In this document: positions 48,481 through 58,548 of the stretch, piece after piece
Position numbering within the stretch: the stretch's first letter is position 1
Layout: each line of letters opens with the position of its first letter
Assembly: GCA_963704905.1 (NCBI GenBank)
Contig: CAVPHZ010000002.1
Coordinates: 634-64,633 of the forward strand
Direction of reading: 5' to 3'
DNA: 64,000 nucleotides
DNA from: Candidatus Chisholmbacteria bacterium
Lineage (GTDB): Bacteria > Patescibacteriota > Microgenomatia > UBA1400 > Chisholmbacteraceae
Made by a program: the position numbers and the translations under genes
Notes under the pieces: generated by a model
The model's database searches: none
The model's input: only the letters and a program-made list of their open reading frames with translations
Told to the model about the DNA's origin: nothing

Positions 48481-49933
48481 TAACATTAAAACACTTGGTA
48501 TGAAGTTAAGCTTCTTCTACCTTTTCTATGCACTGTTAAGTTACTTGATTCTGCTTCGCGACGAGTTTCTTTTGGAAAGGATCTCAGTTCTTACGAACAC
48601 CCCGTTGATATTGGAGAAAGGCAGGATATTGGCAAAAGTATTGCGTGTCAATAGTATTCCAACACTTTTTCTCTTCATCATAATTTTCGTTTTGTTTTAC
48701 TTCTATGCCAAAACACTCAGACGGTTGACGCATGAAACTGATGCTAGAGAGACTAAGCGAGTTATCGTCACCTTTTCCTTGATATTCATGGCGATCTCAA
48801 TATTTTCCTTTCCCTCACTTTCAACTGATGTATTTGACTACGTTGCAAGTAATAGAGTGTTGTTCGTTCACAACTCAAATCCTTGGCTTCATGCTCCTGT
48901 GGAATTTCCAACTGATGAATTTATTTATCTCGGTTCCTGGAAGTTTCGTGCGTCGGTATACGGACCTGTGCAGTTCGTTTTTTCATCGTTAGTCCACACA
49001 ATCGCTCAAGACAATCTCATTGGTAATATCATCGGATTCAAGATTATGAACGCTGCATTTTTTCTCGCATCAATAACAATCATAAAAAAGTGGCTAGAAA
49101 AATATTCATCCGACTCTGTCGTATTTGGATTAGCCATCTTTGCTTGGAATCCGCTGGTACATATTGAGATTCTTGGAAATGCTCACAATGACATCATCAT
49201 GGGGTTTTTCTCGCTCTTATGCATGTATTTTCTCTTCGAAAAAAAAGTAATAAAAGGTGCAATAGCGCTATCACTTGCAATATTGGCTAAAGTTACAGCG
49301 GTGATATTTATCCCAGTCATCGCTATCTGGATGTTTCAAAAGCAAAAGAACTCCAGTCTCATGAGCTTTTTGTCAGCCACTGTATCAACCACACTCATAG
49401 GTTTCTTAAGTCTTGGAGATGGACTTGGAGGATTTATTGACAACCTAGGTGTACAACTTGGCTTATATCTGCGTTCACTGCCAACCATCATTCGTTTTAC
49501 ATTTCTCTCACTTGGTTCAAGTATGAACCAGGCCCAATGGGCGGAAAAGCTCTTCACCATACCACCATATCTATATCTGTACGCTTTCCTTGTTAGAAAA
49601 GTAAGAAACATAGGAATACTAGAAGTACTCGTTTCAGCCATGCTGATCTACTTGCTCCTTGTCTCACCAATGCTTCAGCCGTGGTATCTAGTTTGGATTC
49701 TGCCGCTTGTTGCTCTCCTCAGGCAGAGTAGAGTGCAAATAGCTGCAGTAACGATGAGCTTCAGTAGTTTACTCCACTATGTGGTGCTCTTTACTTCATA
49801 TTATTTCTCTCCTTTAAATTTTATTTGGCAAATTATTATGTTTCTCACCATTGCAATACCGCCACTCATTGTCTGGTTTATTCCTAAATCTTGGTATACT
49901 CAACTAGTCAGGAGGATAAATCCATACCTATGA
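48470..49933 (+). CDS. GT-C glycosyltransferase, MptA/MptB-like (tandem paralog)
   Basis: LSTDVFDY, SVYGP, WNPL, GNAHND and QPWY motifs; start at 48470 or 48500. Confidence 0.78.
   Translation: MKSNNIKTLGMKLSFFYLFYALLSYLILLRDEFLLERISVLTNTPLILEKGRILAKVLRVNSIPTLFLFIIIFVLFYFYAKTLRRLTHETDARETKRVIVTFSLIFMAISIFSFPSLSTDVFDYVASNRVLFVHNSNPWLHAPVEFPTDEFIYLGSWKFRASVYGPVQFVFSSLVHTIAQDNLIGNIIGFKIMNAAFFLASITIIKKWLEKYSSDSVVFGLAIFAWNPLVHIEILGNAHNDIIMGFFSLLCMYFLFEKKVIKGAIALSLAILAKVTAVIFIPVIAIWMFQKQKNSSLMSFLSATVSTTLIGFLSLGDGLGGFIDNLGVQLGLYLRSLPTIIRFTFLSLGSSMNQAQWAEKLFTIPPYLYLYAFLVRKVRNIGILEVLVSAMLIYLLLVSPMLQPWYLVWILPLVALLRQSRVQIAAVTMSFSSLLHYVVLFTSYYFSPLNFIWQIIMFLTIAIPPLIVWFIPKSWYTQLVRRINPYL
49892..49900 (+). 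promoter_or_regulatory. Putative internal extended -10 promoter (TG-G-TATACT)
   Basis: In the 3' end of the upstream CDS, 29 nt before ATG 49930, followed by AGGAGG at 49910-49915. Confidence 0.45.
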
Positions 49934-51468
49934 AAGATAAATTCAGTGTATTGAAACTCACCTCTCAGGATATTTGGCTAAGTCTAAGTTTAGCGATAGG
50001 ATATTTTCTAACAAGATTAACCAATCTTAGACTCTGGCCAATCTTTACAGACGAGGCAATCTACACGCGCTGGAGTCAAATTGCGCTTCATGATGCTTCA
50101 CTTCGCTTTATTCCGCTCACCGATGGAAAACAACCTCTTTGGCATTGGATCACTATGGCTTCCATGAAAGTCATATCAGATCCGTTAGTGGCCGGAAGAG
50201 TTGTTTCAACAATTTCAGGATTTATAGCCTTGGTTGGTATATGGTTTCTCGCACTCGAAGTCTTCAATAAAAAAAATATTGCCTTCATTGCTTCATGGCT
50301 GTATCTCATCGCACCTTTTACATTATTATATGACCGCATGGCTTTGGTCGATTCGATGCTTTCCATGTGGGGAATCTGGGCAGTATATTTTGGGATAAAA
50401 ACTGCCAAAATGTTGAGACTTGATCTTGCGATGATCACCGGATTTGTGATTGGAGCGGGACTACTCACAAAATCACCATCAATTTTCTTTGAATATCTCT
50501 ATCCACTTAATCTTCTTTTTATTACAAATAAAAAAAGTGTAGGACGATGGATAACTCTACTCATTCCGACCTTCATCATTGCTGAAGCCATGCGAAACAT
50601 CATGCGCCTTTCTCCCTGGATGCATATGATTGCACGAAAAAATCTTGAGTTTGTTATGAGTTTCCCGGAATTTTTCCACACCCCGTTTAAATGGTTTTGG
50701 GGAAACCTTCCTTCCCTTTGGAGATGGTGGACTGGTTCACTTACCTGGCCAATAATGCTAACTGCGATCGTTGGACTCATACTGGTACTTCTTCCGCAAA
50801 AACACATACTTTCACTGAGAAAGAAGTGGAGAACTATAAGCTATCTAGCTGTTTTCGCAATGGTTCCTTTTCTTACGGCAGCAGCTTTTGGAAAGGTGAT
50901 ATTTGCCCGCTACTTATTGTTTGTGACACCAGCGTTATTCCTAATTGCTGCTGCAGCCACAGACACCGTACTGAACCTTGTTAAAAACGTAAGCGCAAAA
51001 ATAGTCTTCATGATCTTTATATCAATTTCTGCCCTGTACGTGGATTACAAAATTATTACAGATCCAATTACTGCGCCAATAATTAGCGCTGATCGCGATC
51101 AATATGTAGATGGATTTCCGGCCGGTTGGGGTATCGATGAAGTAATCGAGTTTTTGAAACTAGAAGCGCAGTCTCAGCAAATATTTCTAGGCACACAAGG
51201 GACGTTTGGTCTCATGCCAGCCAGCTTTGAACTTTATTTATGGGACAATCCAAACATCGAGATAAAAGGATATTGGCCGGTTTCCAAAGTTCCTGAAGCT
51301 GTGACAATGAAAGCAATTTCCAAACCTACATACTTCATATACTACGAGTCAAACGAGGATCAGATTCCTCAGCAAGAGAACCTTGAGCTCATCAAAAAGT
51401 TTAAGAAAGGATCCAGCGATAGATACATGTACTTCTATAGAGTCTATCCAATGGAAATTGCAGTGTGA
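49930..51468 (+). CDS. GT-C ArnT/PMT_2-like glycosyltransferase
   Basis: PIFTDEAIY, DGKQPL, GR..S, YDRMALVD, LTK and ARY motifs; ATGA overlap. Confidence 0.87.
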   Translation: MKDKFSVLKLTSQDIWLSLSLAIGYFLTRLTNLRLWPIFTDEAIYTRWSQIALHDASLRFIPLTDGKQPLWHWITMASMKVISDPLVAGRVVSTISGFIALVGIWFLALEVFNKKNIAFIASWLYLIAPFTLLYDRMALVDSMLSMWGIWAVYFGIKTAKMLRLDLAMITGFVIGAGLLTKSPSIFFEYLYPLNLLFITNKKSVGRWITLLIPTFIIAEAMRNIMRLSPWMHMIARKNLEFVMSFPEFFHTPFKWFWGNLPSLWRWWTGSLTWPIMLTAIVGLILVLLPQKHILSLRKKWRTISYLAVFAMVPFLTAAAFGKVIFARYLLFVTPALFLIAAAATDTVLNLVKNVSAKIVFMIFISISALYVDYKIITDPITAPIISADRDQYVDGFPAGWGIDEVIEFLKLEAQSQQIFLGTQGTFGLMPASFELYLWDNPNIEIKGYWPVSKVPEAVTMKAISKPTYFIYYESNEDQIPQQENLELIKKFKKGSSDRYMYFYRVYPMEIAV

Positions 51469-53063
51469 AGTGGAAAAACAAAGTAATCATCGCAATCATT
51501 CTCTTTGCCGCAATCTTACGATTCTATCAACTTGGCAATAATCCGCCGAGTATAGATTGGGATGAAGCATCATTAGGGTATAACGCGTATTCACTTCTCA
51601 AAACCGGCAGAGATGAATATGGTAATAGTTGGCCCATCTCAATTCGATCATTTAATGATTACAAACCGCCACTCTATGTTTACCTCTCAGTACCTTCAAT
51701 TGCAGTATTTGGATTAACTGAGTTCGCAATACGCTTCCCTTCCGCACTACTCGGAACGGTTGCTATAGGGGTATTGTTTCTTCTGGCGAGAGAATTGATC
51801 CAGGGCAAGCAGAAAAATCACTTTCCTGAGATTGCTGCTTTCCTTCTTGCAATAAGCCCGTGGCATCTGCAGTTTTCTCGAGTCGCCTTCGAAGCCAACA
51901 TTGCACTAACTTTCTTCATGATCGGGGTGTACTTTTTGATGAAGGCATTAAATAAAGCGTCAAGCGGGTATTTCGTCGCATCATCTGCGTTATTTATAGC
52001 AGCGATGTACTCGTATCATTCAGCGCGATTAGTTGTCCCAGTCTTTCTTAGTATTTATCTACTTGTGCACAGAAAGAATTTCTTCGCACAAATTAAACAA
52101 GCATTTCCGGCAATAGCTATCGGTCTTGTACTTCTGATTCCATTAGGGATAACAATTATGAAAGGATCAGCACAGTCGAGATTTTCCACCGTAAGCATAT
52201 TTACCAATCCGGGTATTTTCACCAATGAACAAGAAAAAATAGACAGACAAAGGGTTTACTGGAATGAAGACGAAGAACAAAAGAGTTTATTTTCTATTTT
52301 TCACCATCGATGGATCGTACTCTCAACCATCATAACCGAAGGTTATCTTGATCATTTTAACCTTGATTTCCTATTTCTAAAATCCGATGGCATTGGCAGG
52401 CATAGTGCAGTCGGGATGGGGCTGCTGTACTACTGGGAATTACCGGCAATTCTTATCGGACTCTACTTAGTAGCATCCCAAGATAAAGAGAAATTAAAGC
52501 TTATTGTACCTTGGTTATTATCTGCTCCTCTGGCTGCTGCGCTTACCACTCAGACACCTCATGCTGTCAGAAGCCTTATCATGCTTCCTCCTCTGGTTCT
52601 GATCATTGCATATGCAGTTGATTCTATACAAAAAAGCTGGCTTAAAATTGGTCTATCACTGATTATCGCATTAAATACGCTACACTACCTTAATCTCTAC
52701 TATATTCACACTCCTGTAGAGCGTTCTCATGATTGGCAGTATGGGTATAAACAAGCGTATCAATTTGCTTACCAATATGAGAACGATGTCGAGGAAATTA
52801 TTATGACAACCGAGTACGATCAGCCGTATATCTTTATGTTGTTTTTCAATCAAATTGACCCTGCAGGCTACCAGCCAGATTCTGAGCAAGGAGCTCAGAG
52901 AATTGGGAAATACTCATTTAGAAAAATTAACTTCCAAGAAGACAGTAAACTCTCAGACAGATTACTAATTGGCAGCCCAAATGAAATTCCAGATACTGCA
53001 CAAATAATAGATACCGTTTACTTTCTCAATGGAGAATCAGCATTTTATATCGTAAAAACATGA
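51465..53063 (+). CDS. GT-C ArnT/PMT_2-like glycosyltransferase (paralog 4 of 4)
   Basis: PPSIDWDEASLGYNAYSLLKTGRDEYG, DYKPPLY, PWHLQFSR, PHAVR and WQYGYK motifs. Confidence 0.88.
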   Translation: MKWKNKVIIAIILFAAILRFYQLGNNPPSIDWDEASLGYNAYSLLKTGRDEYGNSWPISIRSFNDYKPPLYVYLSVPSIAVFGLTEFAIRFPSALLGTVAIGVLFLLARELIQGKQKNHFPEIAAFLLAISPWHLQFSRVAFEANIALTFFMIGVYFLMKALNKASSGYFVASSALFIAAMYSYHSARLVVPVFLSIYLLVHRKNFFAQIKQAFPAIAIGLVLLIPLGITIMKGSAQSRFSTVSIFTNPGIFTNEQEKIDRQRVYWNEDEEQKSLFSIFHHRWIVLSTIITEGYLDHFNLDFLFLKSDGIGRHSAVGMGLLYYWELPAILIGLYLVASQDKEKLKLIVPWLLSAPLAAALTTQTPHAVRSLIMLPPLVLIIAYAVDSIQKSWLKIGLSLIIALNTLHYLNLYYIHTPVERSHDWQYGYKQAYQFAYQYENDVEEIIMTTEYDQPYIFMLFFNQIDPAGYQPDSEQGAQRIGKYSFRKINFQEDSKLSDRLLIGSPNEIPDTAQIIDTVYFLNGESAFYIVKT

Positions 53064-53803
53064 AGAAAAAGCCAAACATCATTATCGTCATGCCTGCGTA
53101 TAATGCGGAAAAAACAATTGAAAAAACCGTTAGTGATATTCCGAATGAATTTGCCAGTGAGATCATTCTCGTCGATGATGGTTCGACGGATAAAACAGTC
53201 GAGATTGCTAATAATTTAAAGCTCACTACCTTTACACATCCAAATAATTTAGGATACGGAGGAAACCAAAAAACCTGTTACTGGGAAGCCCTCAAAAAAA
53301 ATCCAGAAGTTGTAGTCATGATTCACCCCGACTATCAATACGATGCCACGCTCACAGAAGAGCTGGTTCGCCCTATTCTTCAGGGACGATACGATTTTAT
53401 GTTTGGCTCTAGGATTCGTTCAAGGCTCGAGGCACTAAAAGGGGGTATGCCTCAGCATAAATATTTCTTTAACCGATTCTACACGTTGCTAGCTAATATG
53501 GTTCTTGGAGTCAACTTCACAGAACACATGAGCGGAATGCGTGCCTACAGTAAAAAGGCTCTCAAGACCATACCTTTTCAACGGTTTTCAAACGATTTTA
53601 TTTTTGACCAGCAAATGACCATTTCAGCGATTTCATATGGTCTACGGATCGGCGAAATTCCGATTCCGGTCCGCTATTACTCAGAATCATCTTCAATTCA
53701 ATTATTACCAGGAATTAAATTTGGAATTGAGAGTTTACTCATTCTTGTACAATATGTCTTTCATCAATTGAAACTCACCCAAAGTAAATTATTCAAAACA
53801 TGA
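53060..53803 (+). CDS. GT2 DPM/DPG-synthase-like glycosyltransferase (HPD variant of DxD)
   Basis: VMPAYNAE, VDDGS, NLGYGGNQKT, MIHPDYQY, GSR, SGMRAY and F.FD motifs. Confidence 0.9.
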   Translation: MKKKPNIIIVMPAYNAEKTIEKTVSDIPNEFASEIILVDDGSTDKTVEIANNLKLTTFTHPNNLGYGGNQKTCYWEALKKNPEVVVMIHPDYQYDATLTEELVRPILQGRYDFMFGSRIRSRLEALKGGMPQHKYFFNRFYTLLANMVLGVNFTEHMSGMRAYSKKALKTIPFQRFSNDFIFDQQMTISAISYGLRIGEIPIPVRYYSESSSIQLLPGIKFGIESLLILVQYVFHQLKLTQSKLFKT

Positions 53804-55551
53804 CGATCAGTAAAAATAATTCAACAAAAACCATCTTCATTCTGTTGCTTCTCCTGGTAGCAATAATTCCGGTTATCAAAGCATTATTCATTCCAGGATT
53901 TTATACTAGCCATGATGGAATTACGCACACCGCTCGTCTAGCTAATTTTTACTACGCCCTAAAGGAAGGGCAATTCCCTCCACAACTTGCTCCAAAATTG
54001 TTTGGAAACCTTGGTTTTCCTATATTTATTTTTATCTACCCACTTCCGTACCTTCTAGGAGCAATAGCTCATACTGTTGGGCTAACGTTTACGCAGTCAT
54101 TTGAGCTTGTCATCGGATCAAGTATAGTGCTCTCAGCAGTAACGATGTATCTGTTTGCAAGAGAGCACTTTGGTAAGATAGGCGGATTGTTAACTGCACT
54201 TTTCTATACATGGGCACCATATCGTTTATCTCAAGTGTATGTTCGTGGAGCGCTAGCTGAAAGCTTTGCCTATATATTCATTCCACTTGTTCTGCTATCG
54301 CTGCTAACGCTCACTAAAGAAAAAAAGCATATAAGACGCTGGATTGGAATCGGAAGCCTGTCAGTAGCAGGATTGCTTTTATCTCATCAATTAGTATCCA
54401 TCATGTTTCTTCCAGTTATTGCACTATATGGCGGGTATCTCTTAATACAGGTAAAAGAAAAAAGATTGTTGATAAGAAACAGTATTCTCATGGCAGTTCT
54501 GGGATTTTCAATAAGCGCGTATATCTACCTTCCTTCATTATTTGAGAGAAAATATCTTCACTTTGATGAACTCATCAGTTATTATCAGGAGCACTTCATT
54601 ACTGTTCCTCAACTCATCCACTCACCTTGGAGTTACGGCTTTTCAATGAAAGGGACAGAGCTTGATGATATGTCATTCCAAGTGGGTCTAACGCATTTGT
54701 TGGTAGTTGGAATCTCAACACTTACATTAGGGTTTTTAATCCTTAAACATAAAAAGAAAGTTATTCATAACCCAAACATCCTCTTAGCCCTTATCAGTCT
54801 TTTCCTATTTACCGCAGCAACAAGTCTTACACTAGAGCATCCGTTTGTTCTCTGGTTGTGGAAAAATGTTCCAGGCATTTCGATTGTAGACTTCCCGTGG
54901 AGGTGGATTGGTGTTTCAACATTTTCCGCTAGCCTGCTAGCAGGTTGGCTTACAAATAAATTAGATAATCGATTACTTTTAATTCCACTTATATTTTTAT
55001 TGTTTGTTGCAAATCGAAATCATCTTCGCATTAATCAAACTCTAATCAGGGATGATGAATTTTTCAAATATTATCTTGATACTGCCACTTGGCAAAATGA
55101 GTTCTTACCAAAATGGAGAAAGACGAATAAGTGGCAAAACATTGAAAACGACTTTCATATAGAAGAAGGGGATGCAAACGTAGAAATCATCTCGTCTAAA
55201 ACACAGGAATTAGCACTAAAAATTACCACAAACGACGAGTCAACAATTGTTATACACCGTTTATACTTTCCAGGCTGGACGGTTAAGAATGATGGTATTT
55301 TACTTAAACAAGGCGAAGACGTAAGAGTCACGGAGGAAATTCAAATTGAAACACAAAACACACCATACATCGATCTCTCTGGTCTTATCAAAGTAAATAT
55401 CTCACCCGGTACCCATCGTCTCGAAACAAAATTCGAATCAACTAACCTAAGAAAGTTGGGTATGTTATTGTCTGTCGTTGGAGTGATAACAGCTGTCTCT
55501 TTGATCCTAAACAATCGCCCTCCTGCATTAACGAAACATAAAAAACTATGA
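53800..55551 (+). CDS. 'PTPS-related'/YfhO-like GT-C membrane protein
   Basis: SHDG..H..R, GQFPP, GFPIFIFIYP, APYR, RGALAE, FPWRW, EFLP and YFPGW motifs. Confidence 0.87.
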   Translation: MTISKNNSTKTIFILLLLLVAIIPVIKALFIPGFYTSHDGITHTARLANFYYALKEGQFPPQLAPKLFGNLGFPIFIFIYPLPYLLGAIAHTVGLTFTQSFELVIGSSIVLSAVTMYLFAREHFGKIGGLLTALFYTWAPYRLSQVYVRGALAESFAYIFIPLVLLSLLTLTKEKKHIRRWIGIGSLSVAGLLLSHQLVSIMFLPVIALYGGYLLIQVKEKRLLIRNSILMAVLGFSISAYIYLPSLFERKYLHFDELISYYQEHFITVPQLIHSPWSYGFSMKGTELDDMSFQVGLTHLLVVGISTLTLGFLILKHKKKVIHNPNILLALISLFLFTAATSLTLEHPFVLWLWKNVPGISIVDFPWRWIGVSTFSASLLAGWLTNKLDNRLLLIPLIFLLFVANRNHLRINQTLIRDDEFFKYYLDTATWQNEFLPKWRKTNKWQNIENDFHIEEGDANVEIISSKTQELALKITTNDESTIVIHRLYFPGWTVKNDGILLKQGEDVRVTEEIQIETQNTPYIDLSGLIKVNISPGTHRLETKFESTNLRKLGMLLSVVGVITAVSLILNNRPPALTKHKKL

Positions 55552-56339
55552 TACATAAGAAGCGCCTTTCGGTTGTCCTGGCGACCTATAATGAGAAAGA
55601 TAATATTAAAAATTGCTTGGATTCAGTAAAAGGTCTCGCGGAAGAAATAATAGTTGTAGATGGTTCATCAGAGGACGACACTCGAAATATTGCCAGAAAT
55701 CTAGGGGCCAGAGTGATTAAAACATCCAATAAACCAATGTTTCACACCAATAAACAAATGGCAATTGATAAAGCGAAAGGTGACTGGATTCTTCAACTTG
55801 ATGCTGATGAAGTAGTTGATAAAGAGTTATATTCTGAGATGGCCAATCTTCTAAATCAGGATAACAAGTATGCTGCATTTTCAATTTCACGAAAAAATTT
55901 CTTTCTCGGCAAATGGCTTAAAAAAGGCGGGCTGTATCCTGACCGAGTCATTAGATTATTTAAAAAAGGTAAAGCCTATCTTCCACAGAAAAGCGTTCAT
56001 GAACAGTTAGAGGTAGAAGGCAATGTTGGCGAACTTCATGGCCACTTGAATCATCACACAGCACCAACGTTTAGTCGATATATTACAAATGCAAATCGCT
56101 ACACATCACTAACTGCTGCTGAGCTGACAAAATCAGGGACAGAGACAAGCATGCAACAAACGATATACTATATTGTGTTTAAACCGCTGTCGATATTCTT
56201 CTCATTATTTGTTCGCCATAAAGGAATGTATGATGGGTACAACGGATTTATTTTTGCGTTATTCTCAGCGCTCCATTGGCCGATAGCCTATATGAAACAT
56301 TGGGAAAATATTCACGTCAAAAAGATAAACATCTCATGA
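55548..56339 (+). CDS. GT2, beta-1,4-glucosyltransferase-like (WaaE/LgtF type)
   Basis: LSVVLATYNE, WILQLDADE, YPDRVIRLF, VHE and G..DG motifs. Confidence 0.9.
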   Translation: MIHKKRLSVVLATYNEKDNIKNCLDSVKGLAEEIIVVDGSSEDDTRNIARNLGARVIKTSNKPMFHTNKQMAIDKAKGDWILQLDADEVVDKELYSEMANLLNQDNKYAAFSISRKNFFLGKWLKKGGLYPDRVIRLFKKGKAYLPQKSVHEQLEVEGNVGELHGHLNHHTAPTFSRYITNANRYTSLTAAELTKSGTETSMQQTIYYIVFKPLSIFFSLFVRHKGMYDGYNGFIFALFSALHWPIAYMKHWENIHVKKINIS

Positions 56340-57406
56340 AAGTTATCATCGATATCTCGCCACTAAAAAGCGGCCACAAAACCAGAGGAATTGGAATCTA
56401 TACTCGTCGTCTCGTAGAAGCCTTGCACGAGTTAGATAAGAAGAATAAATATATTCTTACAACTAAATCCCAACATATTGAAAAAGCTGATCTCATTCAC
56501 TATCCGTATTTTGATCTTTTTTTTCATTCACTTCCGATAAGAAAAAAAACCAAGTCAGTTGTGACGATACACGATGTTATTCCCCTGATATTTCCTCAAG
56601 AATTTCCTCCTGGAATTAGGGGTAAGTTTCGTCATCTCCTCCAAAAAAAAGCGCTTGAAAGTGTTGATGCGATCATCACCGATTCAGAAAACTCAAAGCT
56701 AGATATCATTTCAAAACTCAACATTAACGAGAGTAAAATATCCGTCATCTACTTAGCTGCTCCGCAAAAATTCCGTCCCCAATCACAAAGTAATATCAAG
56801 AGTACTAGAGAAAAATATAAAATTCCGGAAAACTATGTGCTCTATGTAGGTGACGTAAATCCAAATAAAAATGTATTACGTTTAATCGAATCATTTGAAA
56901 GAATTCACAATAGAGATAAGAGTCTTCACCTCGTTCTGGTTGGGAGAGCTTTTGGACAAACAAGTAACGAAGCCAAAGCCATCAAAAAACGCATTATCGA
57001 TCTCAACCTTCAAGACCGAGTGTCAATGAAACCAAATGTTCCACTCGATCCATCAGATGACATCATTTCAATATATAGCGGAGCCAAAGCCTACATTCAT
57101 CCATCACTCTATGAAGGATTTGGGCTTCCCATCCTCGAAGCATTTTCTGTAGGAGTACCTGTTGTAGCTGGCAACAGCTCGAGTGTTCCTGAAATAGCGT
57201 CTGATGCAGCCATTCTCGTGAATCCAGAATCAGTAAAAGATATTGCAAATGGACTAATGAAAATTCTTACGATGAATGAGGTGCAGAGAGAAAAAATGAT
57301 TACTAAAGGACTAAACCAAGCAAAAAAATTCTCATGGGAAAAAACTGCAAAACAAACAATCCAAGTCTATGAAAAAGTACTAGCTGAAGGTCAGGAAATG
57401 ACATGA
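56336..57406 (+). CDS. GT4 glycosyltransferase (MtfB/WbpY-like mannosyl/rhamnosyltransferase type)
   Basis: RGIGIY, VTIHDVIP, ITDS, YVG...NKN and PSLYEGFGLPILEA motifs; ATGA overlap at 56336. Confidence 0.93.
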   Translation: MKVIIDISPLKSGHKTRGIGIYTRRLVEALHELDKKNKYILTTKSQHIEKADLIHYPYFDLFFHSLPIRKKTKSVVTIHDVIPLIFPQEFPPGIRGKFRHLLQKKALESVDAIITDSENSKLDIISKLNINESKISVIYLAAPQKFRPQSQSNIKSTREKYKIPENYVLYVGDVNPNKNVLRLIESFERIHNRDKSLHLVLVGRAFGQTSNEAKAIKKRIIDLNLQDRVSMKPNVPLDPSDDIISIYSGAKAYIHPSLYEGFGLPILEAFSVGVPVVAGNSSSVPEIASDAAILVNPESVKDIANGLMKILTMNEVQREKMITKGLNQAKKFSWEKTAKQTIQVYEKVLAEGQEMT

Positions 57407-58548
57407 AAGAAAAATCAACAATATCGTGGATACTAAAAGTACTAATTGGCTGGAGATTGGTACTACTGGTTGTTGCCATGTATGCAATTGCAGCCATCCC
57501 ATTCAAAGAGAGTTTTCCCTACTGGGAAACATTACTTGCTCCAAATGGACATCCGCTGTTTTGGAGTTGGGGAAACTTTGACGGTGTTCATTACATCACA
57601 ATAGCTAAACAAGGATATTCGGCACAATTTACTCAAGCCTTTTTTCCGTTGTATCCACTTCTTATGCGCTTCGTTGCGCGATTAACCGGGGAGTACATCT
57701 CTGCTGGTTTACTCATCTCTCACATCTCAGCAGTCGTCGCGTTTATTTTATTCTATAAACTTGTTCGTCTGGATAAAGGTGAAGGTACCGCAAAAAAAAC
57801 CCTTATCCACCTTCTCTTATTCCCAACTGCCTTTTATTTCGGGGCGCTGTACTCGGAGAGTCTCTTTCTTGCGTTTGTCTTGGGATCATTTTATGCTGCT
57901 AGAAAAAAGCATTGGTGGATCGCCGGATTATTGGGTGCAGCTGCATCAGCCACGCGAATATTCGGAATATTTTTACTCCCATCTCTTCTTCTCGAATGGT
58001 ACTACGGGAGAGGGAAGAAAACAGCGTTCTCACGCAGAGAGCTTTTCCAAGCGGTGTTACCAATTCTTTTATCAGCGACAGGCCTTTTACTCTACATGTA
58101 TTACCTCAACCGCGCTTTTTCAGATCCTATTCTATTTCTCAATTCCCAACCTGCATTTGGGGCTCAGCGAAGTAGTGATAAATTAATTCTTCTCTATCAA
58201 GTTTTTTGGCGTTATACCAAGATGTTAGCTACAGTCGATATCAATTCTCTACTGTATTTCACGGTTTCCCAAGAAATGCTCAGCGGGTTTCTTTTTCTGG
58301 GACTAACAGTGCTTGCTTTCAAATACACACGCCTTTCCTATGCGATTTTTGGCTTATTTTCCTATCTAGCCCCAACACTTACCGGGACCTTCTCAAGCAT
58401 GCCCAGATATGTGCTGATATTGTTCCCTTCATTTATGATATTAGGCATGGTAAAAAATCCCCGATTTCATAAGCTCTGGTGGTTCGTCAGTGTTATACTA
58501 CTAGGGATAAATACGGCATTATTTGTAAGAGGATATTGGGTTGCATGA
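57403..58548 (+). CDS. GT-C mannosyltransferase, PIG-V (GT76)-like
   Basis: WGNFDGVHY..IA..GY....AFFPLYP, FPTA, YSESLFL, TR..G and SMPRY motifs. Confidence 0.83.
   Translation: MKEKSTISWILKVLIGWRLVLLVVAMYAIAAIPFKESFPYWETLLAPNGHPLFWSWGNFDGVHYITIAKQGYSAQFTQAFFPLYPLLMRFVARLTGEYISAGLLISHISAVVAFILFYKLVRLDKGEGTAKKTLIHLLLFPTAFYFGALYSESLFLAFVLGSFYAARKKHWWIAGLLGAAASATRIFGIFLLPSLLLEWYYGRGKKTAFSRRELFQAVLPILLSATGLLLYMYYLNRAFSDPILFLNSQPAFGAQRSSDKLILLYQVFWRYTKMLATVDINSLLYFTVSQEMLSGFLFLGLTVLAFKYTRLSYAIFGLFSYLAPTLTGTFSSMPRYVLILFPSFMILGMVKNPRFHKLWWFVSVILLGINTALFVRGYWVA
58491..58499 (+). promoter_or_regulatory. Putative internal extended -10 promoter (TG-T-TATACT)
   Basis: 45 nt upstream of ATG 58545, inside the previous CDS. 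Confidence 0.35.

Noticed and set aside
43250-52750. WQYGY motif in the ArnT-like paralogs resembling STT3 WWDYGY
   Set aside because: It precedes the first helix of the C-terminal domain rather than following the first strand, lacks the Asp, and is WQDGL in one paralog; likely coincidental.
18436-55551. Pterin biosynthesis implied by the 'PTPS-related' family name
   Set aside because: These are polytopic YfhO/GT-C-like proteins with no T-fold PTPS motifs; the name is misleading.
3525-58545. Longer starts in the ORF track (3525, 25462, 32447, 41035, 48446, 49891, 56276, 58479)
   Set aside because: They extend into upstream genes or promoters; downstream ATGs match family N-termini and overlap patterns.
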